64,000 nt of DNA from Chryseobacterium gleum (lineage in GTDB: Bacteria > Bacteroidota > Bacteroidia > Flavobacteriales_D > Crocinitomicaceae), in contig CAMDFX010000014.1 in assembly GCA_945897805.1 (NCBI GenBank), positions 22,001 through 86,000 of the forward strand, in the 5' to 3' direction. A program made the translations under genes and the position numbers. Below are positions 32,691-41,311 of this stretch, piece after piece. Numbering within the stretch: position 1 is the stretch's first letter; every line of letters starts with the position of its first letter. The notes beneath the pieces are model-generated. The model saw nothing but the letters and a program-made list of their open reading frames with translations. It was not told where the DNA came from and did not search any database.

Positions 32691-32933
32691 ATGGGTTTAA
32701 TTAGAATGGTATTACTCATAGTCGGAGTGATTGTTGCGCTTCGATTTATAGGACAATTAATGATTGCCAAGAGGAATATTGACGAGCAAAATAGGAGTCA
32801 GGCAGAGAGAAATCAGTTAGAAAAACAGAGACGACACGTTGAAAGAAATAAAGGGAAAACGACATTGGTTGGTAAAACATCTAAAGCAAGTGAACCTTTT
32901 GAAGATGTTGATTATGAAGAGGTAATAAGTTAA
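32691..32933 (+). CDS. Small membrane protein, DUF4834-like
   Basis: 80 aa with one N-terminal TM helix, a charged middle and a C-terminal DVDYEEV. It starts 3 nt after carB. Confidence 0.45.
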   Translation: MGLIRMVLLIVGVIVALRFIGQLMIAKRNIDEQNRSQAERNQLEKQRRHVERNKGKTTLVGKTSKASEPFEDVDYEEVIS

Positions 32934-32949
32934 TAATAAATTTTATATG

Positions 32950-32981
32950 AATCCATGGAATTGAATTTTCATGGATTTTTT
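32950..32981 (+). terminator. Rho-independent terminator
   Basis: AATCCATG-gaattgaatttt-CATGGATT followed by a T-run. Confidence 0.7.
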
Positions 32982-33121
32982 AATTTTCCTTTCGTTACCT
33001 TGTATGCATTCATTATCTTCATACCAAAATTTGAAAAAATATTTAAATACTTAAAAGTTAATTAATCAGGTAAATATATTTGATTTTGAATCAATTGTAA
33101 ATGCCAAATTCAAAATAGACT

Positions 33122-36106
33122 ATGAATTTCAAACAGATTTTTACTAAATATTGGCCTCATTTAGCCATCGTTACTTTGATGGTTGTGATCACTTGCAGTT
33201 ATTTTAGTTTACAATTTTCTGGCTACGGTCTCAAGCAACATGATATTGAGCAATTTAGCGGTGCGTCACATGAAATCGCAAATCATAGAGAACGAACAGG
33301 TGAAGAAACCTTGTGGACAAATTCGATGTTTGGTGGAATGCCTTCCATTCAAATTTCGGTTCTTTATGCTGGAAACTTTATCAAAAGTGGATTAGATCAA
33401 TTTTTGAATATGTTACCTCCTCCGGCCGGTATCACTTTGTTATATATGCTTGGATTTTATATTTTGGCTATTTGTCTGAAAATAAATCCTTGGGTTGGAT
33501 TTTTGGGAGCACTTGCATTTGGATTTTCAAGTTATGATATCATTATTATTCAAGCTGGTCACAACTCAAAAGCCTTAGCCGCAGCTTTTATGGCTCCAGT
33601 AGTCGGCAGTTTTTTCCTTGCCTATCAGCGCAATATAAAATGGGGTGCTATACTTTCCGCACTTTTCATGACCTTGGAAATGTGCGTTAATCATTTACAA
33701 GTTACCTACTATTTAGGAATTCTCTTACTTGGTTTGGGATTGGCTTTATTTGTTGATGCGTTTTTAAAGAAAAATTTCAAGCACTTTTTTATTGCGACTG
33801 CAGGAGTCATTGGTGCTTATGCGTTGGCATTGATGATCAATTACGGAAATATCGCTTTGACAAATGACTATGCGAAAAATTCTATTCGTGGTGCAAACGA
33901 CATTACAATGAATCCTGATGGAACATCAAATAAATCCAACGCTACAACTGGTTTAGACAAAGACTATGTGACGCAATATAGCAATGGAATTGGTGAATCT
34001 TTCACTATTCTTTCCCCATACATAAAAGGTTCAGCTCCAGGGGCAATCGCCAATACACATTTCTCAGAGCAAGTGGAAAACATGGATTTATCAAGTTCTG
34101 AAATCAATGATTTATTGAATAGCAGTCCTTCTTATTGGGGAGATCAACCGCAGGTTTCAGGTCCAGCGTATATTGGGATTATCGTAATTTTCTTAGCGCT
34201 TTTGGGATTGGTATTTTTGAAAACACCAGTTAAATGGGCACTTTTAGGAGTTACATTCTTGGCTCTAGCACTTTCTTGGGGGAAAAATTTCATGGGATTG
34301 ACAGATTTCTTCCTGGAAAATGTTCCTGGTTACAACAAATTCAGAGCGCCAACAATTATCATTGTGGTAGTAGAATTGTGTATTCCTATTTTGGGAGTCT
34401 TGTTTTTAAATTTGTTGTACCAAGAAAAAGAGATACTGAAAGAGAAAAAGAAATTGTTTTTAATCACTTCAGCTGCCATGTTCATTTTCTTGTTAGGAAT
34501 GAAATTTATCGGATTGGGAGATGGCTATACTTCTCAGGCAGAAAAAGACCAAATGTTAGATTTACCTGCTAGTATGCGGAATCAAGTGATGAGTTTGACG
34601 CCTGAACAAATGGCACAATACCAAATTGATCCAAAAAATACCGCACAAGTGAATGCTTTTATTGACGCGCAAGTCCAACCAGCGGAGAAACGATTTGAAA
34701 ATTTACAAGTAGCAAGAAAAGCGATTTTTGACTCAAGTATGAATCGTTCGATTTTATTTCTAATTTTAGCTATCAGTGCAATCGCCATTTTCTTTTACAC
34801 TAAATTACCGAATGAAGTTCCAGTGATTTTGTTGGCAGTTTTCATACTAATGGATTTGGTTCCAGTAGATAGAAATTATTTAGGTTCCCAAGAAGAGGGT
34901 TCTGGCTACAAATATTGGGACTTTAAAGCAAATACGCTTTATCCAATAGCCGAATCACCAGCAGATTTAACTATTTTAGAAAATGAAATAGCTGAAAGTC
35001 CTTCCTTGAAAGCAAAAGTTGATGCTGGTTTAAGAGAGGGAAAAGCAAAGGCTGATGACTTAGGATATGAGGGTGCTGACAGAAGAAGAGTTGAAAACGC
35101 TTATAAATTTGCAGCATTAAATAGAAATACAAATTACAGGGTTTTTGACCTTAGCGGTGGTTTTAACAGTTCAAATGCAGCTTATTTCCATAAATCTTTG
35201 GGTGGATATCATGGCGCGAAATTGAGAAATATTCAAAATCTTTTTGATTATCATTTAGCGCAAATGAATAGCAAAGTGTATGACATGTTAAATGTGAAAT
35301 ATTTCATGCAGCAAGACAAGCAAGGTATTGTAACATCCAATCCAAATCCGACCGCTTTAGGAAATGTTTGGATGGTAAGAAAAATAACCACATTTGCCAC
35401 CCCTGACGAAGAAATCAGAGCGCTTGGTAATCAATTTGATTTGAAAAATATTGGAATTGGAAGTTTATTGGTCAACAAAGCACCAATCAAAAATGGAAAA
35501 GCATACGGTTCAGAAGAAATCAAATATGTTTTGCAAGGCGATACGATTGATGTGCGTTTACAGAATGGTTTGCCAGAAGGCGTGAAGGCTTGTTTTGTGA
35601 TGGATGTAAACGGTAAAACCAATTGGATCATGGCGTCAGCTTTACAATTAGACACAGCAAAATCTTTCTTGAAAATGGTTGAAATGTCGATTTCTGATGA
35701 ATTCAAACCAAATGAAGAAGCGGTGATGTTGAAATCAGAAGCGCAAAAATTGTCGTCTTTGACTTATTCAGGAGAAGGAACGATACAAATGACTGCTTAT
35801 GCTCCGAATAAAATCACTTATCAATCCAATAGCAGCAGCAAGCAATTTGCAGTTTTCTCTGAGGTTTATTATCCAGAAGGATGGACAGCAACAGTGAACG
35901 GTAAAGAAGTTGATATTCGCAAAACAAATTATTTGCTGAGAGGAATTGAACTTCCTGCTGGAAATAATAAAATCGTATTTAGTTTCAATTTACCGAAATT
36001 TGATAAGTCAAATACCTATGCCAGAATCGGCGGAATTATCATCGTCTTATTATTGGTTGGTGGTGTAGTGACGGATTTTATGAAGAAAAGAAAAATAAAA
36101 GATTAA
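33122..36106 (+). CDS. Large polytopic membrane protein, YfhO-like (putative glycosyl-transfer/glycan-modifying)
   Basis: 994 aa. The N-terminal half has many TM helices and the motif LWTNSMFGGMPS. There is a large soluble C-terminal region and a final TM helix. Confidence 0.55.
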   Translation: MNFKQIFTKYWPHLAIVTLMVVITCSYFSLQFSGYGLKQHDIEQFSGASHEIANHRERTGEETLWTNSMFGGMPSIQISVLYAGNFIKSGLDQFLNMLPPPAGITLLYMLGFYILAICLKINPWVGFLGALAFGFSSYDIIIIQAGHNSKALAAAFMAPVVGSFFLAYQRNIKWGAILSALFMTLEMCVNHLQVTYYLGILLLGLGLALFVDAFLKKNFKHFFIATAGVIGAYALALMINYGNIALTNDYAKNSIRGANDITMNPDGTSNKSNATTGLDKDYVTQYSNGIGESFTILSPYIKGSAPGAIANTHFSEQVENMDLSSSEINDLLNSSPSYWGDQPQVSGPAYIGIIVIFLALLGLVFLKTPVKWALLGVTFLALALSWGKNFMGLTDFFLENVPGYNKFRAPTIIIVVVELCIPILGVLFLNLLYQEKEILKEKKKLFLITSAAMFIFLLGMKFIGLGDGYTSQAEKDQMLDLPASMRNQVMSLTPEQMAQYQIDPKNTAQVNAFIDAQVQPAEKRFENLQVARKAIFDSSMNRSILFLILAISAIAIFFYTKLPNEVPVILLAVFILMDLVPVDRNYLGSQEEGSGYKYWDFKANTLYPIAESPADLTILENEIAESPSLKAKVDAGLREGKAKADDLGYEGADRRRVENAYKFAALNRNTNYRVFDLSGGFNSSNAAYFHKSLGGYHGAKLRNIQNLFDYHLAQMNSKVYDMLNVKYFMQQDKQGIVTSNPNPTALGNVWMVRKITTFATPDEEIRALGNQFDLKNIGIGSLLVNKAPIKNGKAYGSEEIKYVLQGDTIDVRLQNGLPEGVKACFVMDVNGKTNWIMASALQLDTAKSFLKMVEMSISDEFKPNEEAVMLKSEAQKLSSLTYSGEGTIQMTAYAPNKITYQSNSSSKQFAVFSEVYYPEGWTATVNGKEVDIRKTNYLLRGIELPAGNNKIVFSFNLPKFDKSNTYARIGGIIIVLLLVGGVVTDFMKKRKIKD

Positions 36107-36123
36107 AAGCGTTTTTATTGACG

Positions 36124-36159
36124 AATCCCAATATTGAATTTCATTATTGGGATTTTTTT
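36124..36159 (+). terminator. Rho-independent terminator
   Basis: AATCCCAATA-ttgaatttcat-TATTGGGATT followed by TTTTT. Confidence 0.8.
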
Positions 36160-36208
36160 GGCACAATAAAACTATTTTTGTCTCAAACGAACGAATAAAA
36201 TTCAAATT

Positions 36209-36670
36209 ATGCAAAGCAAAGCAGTAACAGTTGACGCTTACATGCAAGAATTGCCAGAAGACAGAAAAGAGGCGATGCAAAAATTACGTTCGGTAATTTC
36301 TGAAAATATTCCTGCAGGTTTTCAAGAAACGATGAGTTATGGAATGGTCGGTTATGTTGTACCTCATAGCATTTATCCCGCAGGATATCATTGTACACCA
36401 ACATTGCCTTTGCCATTTATGAATTTGGCGTCGCAAAAGAACAATATTGCTTTGTACCACATTGGAATTTATGGAAGTCCTGAGTTATTGGCATGGTTTC
36501 ACGAAGAATATCCAAAACATACCAAAGCCAAATTAGATATGGGAAAAAGCTGTATGCGTTTCAAAAAAATGGATCAAATCCCTTTTGATTTGATTGCAGA
36601 ATTGATGCGTAAAATGACAGTTCAACAATGGATTGATCAATATGAATCGCTTTATTTGAAAAGAAAGTAG
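36209..36670 (+). CDS. DUF1801 (YdhG-like) domain protein
   Basis: The N-terminal pattern VDAYMQELPEDRKEAMQKLRSVI is typical of DUF1801. Confidence 0.65.
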   Translation: MQSKAVTVDAYMQELPEDRKEAMQKLRSVISENIPAGFQETMSYGMVGYVVPHSIYPAGYHCTPTLPLPFMNLASQKNNIALYHIGIYGSPELLAWFHEEYPKHTKAKLDMGKSCMRFKKMDQIPFDLIAELMRKMTVQQWIDQYESLYLKRK

Positions 36671-36678
36671 TTTTTCTT

Positions 36679-37032
36679 TTAACGAATCGAAGAAATCGCG
36701 TATCCAATAAAACACAAAATAAACAAGATTAAAACACTTCCCCAATAATAACGAAAATGTGTATGACTGCTGTTGTTTTCTCTCAAACTGACAGCGATAT
36801 CTTGCTCGAAACCGTCAAGCGTATTGGTTGAAAACACTTTCAATTCTTTTCTAACGGTGCAAGATTTACAATTCCAATAAACTATTTTTCGCATGGGAAA
36901 AAGCGGAAGTGCAAGCATAGTAAAATAAGTTTGATACAATTGATATTGCTTTTCAGATTCCTTTTTGCAAACACGACAAGTAGAAGTTACCTTTTCGGGG
37001 TAAGTTGCTACATATCTATATTTTGTGTTCAC
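36679..37032 (-). CDS. Zinc-ribbon protein with a C-terminal TM anchor
   Basis: Two CxxC pairs (CRVC, CKSC) and a C-terminal hydrophobic helix (WGSVLILFILCFIGYAISS). Confidence 0.5.
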   Translation of the reverse strand: MNTKYRYVATYPEKVTSTCRVCKKESEKQYQLYQTYFTMLALPLFPMRKIVYWNCKSCTVRKELKVFSTNTLDGFEQDIAVSLRENNSSHTHFRYYWGSVLILFILCFIGYAISSIR

Positions 37033-37033
37033 T

Positions 37034-37480
37034 TTATTGAAATATATGTCCGTAAAATGCTTTTAGTTCATTGCCTTTGTCCTTTCCTTTGATGACACAA
37101 GCGGACCAATTCATTTTAGATTTTCCAAATCGGAAATTAAAAGTGCTGAAAAATTTATTCAATTTAAACCAAACTTTTTCTGAAATCTTATGAACGTTTT
37201 TTGGCTCTCCTTCCAATAACTCGATGAAAGTACTTTCCAAGCTTTCAACTGATTCAGCTTCCGCTAGTAATTTTGCACAACCATCTTCAACTGTATTGTC
37301 AGTAAAGTACTGGTGCGTCTTGAAAGTTGTCACCAAATAGTAAAAACCAACGGACTTTTTCGGGATGATAAAAACATAGTTTTTTGTTCCGATAAAAACT
37401 CCATCTACTTGTTTCAATGGTGATTCAGAAGACATCATTTTGATATCATTGTAGAATAAGTAATCGATTCCTTGCTGCAT
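37034..37480 (-). CDS. Hypothetical cytoplasmic protein
   Basis: 148-aa ORF with no recognised motif. A 1-nt spacer separates it from the downstream zinc-ribbon gene. A TAnnTTTG-like box (TATTTTTG, 37506-37513 on the minus strand) lies upstream. Confidence 0.45.
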   Translation of the reverse strand: MQQGIDYLFYNDIKMMSSESPLKQVDGVFIGTKNYVFIIPKKSVGFYYLVTTFKTHQYFTDNTVEDGCAKLLAEAESVESLESTFIELLEGEPKNVHKISEKVWFKLNKFFSTFNFRFGKSKMNWSACVIKGKDKGNELKAFYGHIFQ

Positions 37481-37582
37481 AATCTTTTAAATATGATAAG
37501 TGTATCAAAAATACTATTTTTAATTAGAAGAAGAATGAATTTAGCCAAAAAGTGAGCGCGAAGAACCGACGCAGTCAGTCGT

Positions 37583-37634
37583 CTAATAATCTAACAATCT
37601 AACAATCTAACAATCCAACAATCCAATAATCTAA
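37583..37634. repeat. Tandem octamer array, about 6.5 copies of CTAACAAT
   Basis: Copies read directly: CTAATAAT, CTAACAAT x3, CCAACAAT, CCAATAAT, CTAAAACA. The array abuts the stop codon of the 37631-38173 gene. Confidence 0.85.
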
Positions 37635-38173
37635 AACAACTCTTGCAGTTCTCTTTTCAAAAATTCAATCGTAATCTCTGTAGGCAACTGACCAACTTCT
37701 GCAGTGATTTCGAAAATCTTTGCACTTAAATCTAGCGCCATTGAAACATCCGACATTTGTCCTCCGGCAATATTAATGATTTTGATTGTTTCTTCTTTTG
37801 AATTTCGAACCATTTCCCAAGCTTTCGGCGAAATGAAAATTTGTTGCGCTACATTGTGATCGTATTCTTCTCTGATTGCCTTTAACAATTCTGCCTGCAT
37901 CACTTTGGCTGGAAAACCTGGATTGTGTAATCTCATCACCAACGAATTAGGCGAAATTCTCTCCATCAATAAAACTGCACGTTGATAGGCCTCAACTCGA
38001 TTTGGCAAGAAAAAAGATTGTCGCTCTTTCTTTAATTCAATTTGCATATTTCTCAAATCTTTTTCACTTTGTTTTCTTAAGAATAGAACAACAGTGAACA
38101 AAACTGCTCCTGCAGGCAATACAATCAATGCAATTTGTGCTAAAATTTCCATGGTTTTTTCTTTATGATACAA
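37631..38173 (-). CDS. Membrane-anchored hypothetical protein
   Basis: N-terminal TM helix (ILAQIALIVLPAGAVLFTVVLFL) followed by a helical soluble domain. The start could be at M1 or M8. Confidence 0.5.
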   Translation of the reverse strand: MYHKEKTMEILAQIALIVLPAGAVLFTVVLFLRKQSEKDLRNMQIELKKERQSFFLPNRVEAYQRAVLLMERISPNSLVMRLHNPGFPAKVMQAELLKAIREEYDHNVAQQIFISPKAWEMVRNSKEETIKIINIAGGQMSDVSMALDLSAKIFEITAEVGQLPTEITIEFLKRELQELF

Positions 38174-38250
38174 AGTTAAAATTCAATTTCAATGAAAAGT
38201 AACAGGATTGAGAAAAAAATGAATCTTTTCCCAATCCTGCTTTGCATCAA

Positions 38251-39765
38251 CTATTTTTTGTGCACATAATGTTCGTACTCACCAAAACGATTTATAAATC
38301 CGCTGTCTTTGATAACTTCAGAATTAACAATTGTATTTCTGAATTGAACAGATTTCCCAGCAGGAATGGCGATTTTTAACATTACAGTTTGACCTCTGAT
38401 TTTATCTTTGACGGAATAAGAATAAGTAGGTGATATTTTCAAACTATGATTTTCAAGTTTTAATTCATGCTTGATATTTTTACTTCTCTGATTTGCAATT
38501 TCATTTGTTTTTCCAAAAGCACTGTATTCAACATAAATATGAAACAAAGAATCTTTAGAGAGTGCATAATTAATACTTATTCCTGATTGAATAATTTCTT
38601 TTTCTAAAATCTGAAAGCCTTCAAAATCAAAGTCATCGTCGTTATGAATATTGTCTGGGGTATTTTTGTCTAAAATTTCAACTATCAGCACATTGGTTGA
38701 ATCTGGTCCAATAACTTGTTCGAATTCTCCTCGATTGGTAAAATCAGCACCTGTCTGACTTCCCTCCAAGATAATTATACCAATTCCAATAAAAGCAACA
38801 ATAAAAAGTACAATTTTCACAATCTTAATCCATTTTGACTGCAAGTGAAAAATCAATTTTGCACCTTGAAGGAATAGAAGGGAAACAACACCCAAACCAG
38901 CAACTAAAATTCCAATCCAAAGATAAAAAGCACTTGACATATTGACAATAAAGAGCTCGCAGAATTGGTTGAAATTCAATTGGAAACCATTTTTTTCTAT
39001 GTGCAAAACTTCCCAATCGACAAAAGTAAAAGTTAACAAACCGATTAGTAAAATACTTCCAAAAATTAAAAATGCCGCACCAATTATTTTAGTGAAAAAC
39101 GAACTAAAATACGTGATTTTTTGTCGCAAAGGACTGTTCTTGTCTGAAATTTCTCTTTCAAACTTCTTTGATGATTTGGAGAATCTGTTTGTCGCCTCTT
39201 GAAATTCATCTTTTAAATTCTCCAGGTTGATTGGTTTTCCTTGCATTTGTAAACGATCAATATTCGTTTTTGCCTTAGGCACAATGAACCACATGATGAT
39301 GTAAAACGGAATGATAAATCCGCCTGCAAAACCCAATAGAATGAAAATGATTCTCAAAACAACAGTATCAATATTGAAGTAAGCTGCTAAACCTGAGCAA
39401 ACACCCGCAATGACGGAGTTTTCAGTATCTCTAAATAAACGTCTTTCTTTTTTACTGAAAATCTTTTCTGCTGTTTTTTCATCTTTCTCATCGGGAATTT
39501 CGTCTTCCAAAAAATCTTCTGGCTGACCCAATGTTGCGATGATTGTCGACATTTCATCAAATGTAACCACTTGCTTTTTTTCTGATAGATAAGCTGTTGC
39601 AAGCTCTGCAATCCTGAGTTCCACATCTTCACAAATCTCTTTTTTGTCAGGTGAATTTTTCAACGATTCATTCAATCTATCTAAGTAGTTTTTCACCAAT
39701 TCATATGCATCTTCTTCTACCAGAAAATTTGAACCTAGGAGGTGAATGCTGATTGTCTTTTTCAT
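38251..39765 (-). CDS. PspC-domain membrane protein with an N-terminal HAAS/DUF1700-like helical domain and a C-terminal extracytoplasmic domain
   Basis: PspC motif VIAGVCSGLAAYFNIDTVVLRIIFILL. The N-terminal 90 aa (..YLDRLNESL...ICEDVELRIAE...LGQPEDF) resemble DUF1700. There are several TM helices and about 170 aa of C-terminal beta-rich domain. Confidence 0.75.
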   Translation of the reverse strand: MKKTISIHLLGSNFLVEEDAYELVKNYLDRLNESLKNSPDKKEICEDVELRIAELATAYLSEKKQVVTFDEMSTIIATLGQPEDFLEDEIPDEKDEKTAEKIFSKKERRLFRDTENSVIAGVCSGLAAYFNIDTVVLRIIFILLGFAGGFIIPFYIIMWFIVPKAKTNIDRLQMQGKPINLENLKDEFQEATNRFSKSSKKFEREISDKNSPLRQKITYFSSFFTKIIGAAFLIFGSILLIGLLTFTFVDWEVLHIEKNGFQLNFNQFCELFIVNMSSAFYLWIGILVAGLGVVSLLFLQGAKLIFHLQSKWIKIVKIVLFIVAFIGIGIIILEGSQTGADFTNRGEFEQVIGPDSTNVLIVEILDKNTPDNIHNDDDFDFEGFQILEKEIIQSGISINYALSKDSLFHIYVEYSAFGKTNEIANQRSKNIKHELKLENHSLKISPTYSYSVKDKIRGQTVMLKIAIPAGKSVQFRNTIVNSEVIKDSGFINRFGEYEHYVHKK

Positions 39766-39769
39766 AATC

Positions 39770-40096
39770 TCAATTTTTTACAATTTTATTTACAGCCATT
39801 TGCAATTCATCCCAAGTGGCATCTAGTTCTTCTAAAAATGCTTTTCCGATTTTGGTCAGCGAGTAATATTTTCTGGGCGGACCCGAATTCGATTCTTCCC
39901 AGCGGTAGGTGAGGAGCTCTTCATTTTTCAATCTCGTCAACAATGGATAAAGTGTTCCTTCCACCACAATCAATTTGGCTGATTTTAGCTTTTCAATGAT
40001 TTCAGATGGATATGCTTCTTTGTCTTTCAAAATCGATAAAATGCAAAACTCCAAAATTCCTTTGCGCATTTGGGCTTTTGTATTTTCTAAACTCAT
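39770..40096 (-). CDS. PadR-family transcriptional regulator
   Basis: 108 aa. Winged-HTH pattern ILEFCILSIL..KEAYPSEI......L.VVEGTLYPLLTRLKNEELL...WEES..GPPRKYY.LT..G. Confidence 0.9.
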   Translation of the reverse strand: MSLENTKAQMRKGILEFCILSILKDKEAYPSEIIEKLKSAKLIVVEGTLYPLLTRLKNEELLTYRWEESNSGPPRKYYSLTKIGKAFLEELDATWDELQMAVNKIVKN

Positions 40097-40115
40097 GATT
40101 TCACGTTTTGTTAAA

Positions 40116-40157
40116 CAAAGATATATATAATAAATGGTATTATGTATTACATAGTAC
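40116..40157 (-). promoter_or_regulatory. Candidate padR-pspC promoter (-7 box TATCTTTG) with an overlapping 21-bp imperfect palindrome (candidate PadR operator)
   Basis: On the minus strand TATCTTTG (40116-40123) matches TAnnTTTG. GTATTATGTA-T-TACATAGTAC (40137-40157) is palindromic at 9 of 10 positions per half-site and lies where a -33 element would be. Confidence 0.45.
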
Positions 40158-40387
40158 TAAAATATTTTAGATAAACTCCAATTATAATTATCAAGATATT
40201 GTAATACAGATGTTTATGTTAATATTAAAATTAATTATACTTTTTTTTAGTTTGAATTTATCTCGCACTAAATACTACAAAAAAGATATTGAAAATCATT
40301 GTAGAGCATTTGAATAAATTAAAAATGCAAGATTTCAATGATAGATTTACTAGGAATAGTTTGCTATTAATATTGGAAGAAGTACAA

Positions 40388-41311
40388 TTAGTTCTTAAAT
40401 TTTAGCTCAAATTTTGACTTCTGCTCAGATTTAAGCGTATCTAAATCTGCTGGCACTTCTCTTTTCCAGCGTTTGTGAGACCAAAGCCAAAATTGTGGAT
40501 TTTCAATAATTTCTTGTTCGAGCAATTGTGTGTGCATTTCAGTGATTTCGCCCCAATTTGTTGCCGCAGGATTGTCAGTGATCAGCTTTAGTTCCATCGA
40601 ATAGTGACCGCGTTTTACCTTGTGCAAAACGAAAAAAACGACCGCTTGATTATATTGATGAGCCATTTGCTCGCAACCAAATAAAACCGCTGTTGGTTGA
40701 TTTAAAAACCCCATCCAATAAGCTTTGCGGGCGTCTCCAGGAGATTGATCTGAAAGAATTAAGGTCGCAAAAACATCATTTTTCATTTCTTCAAAAGTGG
40801 TTCGGACATTTTTTGCATTCAAAATTTTCATTCCGAAACGACTTCTGCGCTCGTTGATTTTTTTGTCCCAAAAAGCACTTGTCATCGGCATACCGATACC
40901 CACAGATTGGTGTTTGAAAAGCAAGTTTTGACCTGTTATTACCCATTCCCAATTGTTGTAATGACCAGAAACAAGCAAAACACTTTGATTTTTCTCAAAA
41001 AGTTCATGCATCAATTCAGGATTTTGAACAGTCAATCTTCGACGCAATTCATTTTCAGAAATACTCAGGTTCTTAACTCCTTCAGCCAACAAATCGGTAA
41101 AATGTCTGTAAAATTGATTTCTTATTTTTTTGATTTCCTTTTTCGATTTTTCTGGAAAAGAGCGTTTTAAATTTGCTTCAATGACTTTTTTTCGATAAGG
41201 AACAAGAGTGATTATCAGCAAAAAGAAAAAGTCTGTAAACAAATAAATCATTCGCAAGGGAAGCAAAGAAATTGGATAAACCAAAATATAATATGCGATT
41301 TTCGCGAACAT
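40388..41311 (-). CDS. Lipid A biosynthesis (Kdo2-lipid IVA) acyltransferase family protein (LpxL/HtrB-like)
   Basis: N-terminal TM helix, a conserved HYNNWEW segment (the H-x4-[DE]-type acyltransferase motif region) and a length of about 300 aa. Confidence 0.7.
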   Translation of the reverse strand: MFAKIAYYILVYPISLLPLRMIYLFTDFFFLLIITLVPYRKKVIEANLKRSFPEKSKKEIKKIRNQFYRHFTDLLAEGVKNLSISENELRRRLTVQNPELMHELFEKNQSVLLVSGHYNNWEWVITGQNLLFKHQSVGIGMPMTSAFWDKKINERRSRFGMKILNAKNVRTTFEEMKNDVFATLILSDQSPGDARKAYWMGFLNQPTAVLFGCEQMAHQYNQAVVFFVLHKVKRGHYSMELKLITDNPAATNWGEITEMHTQLLEQEIIENPQFWLWSHKRWKREVPADLDTLKSEQKSKFELKFKN

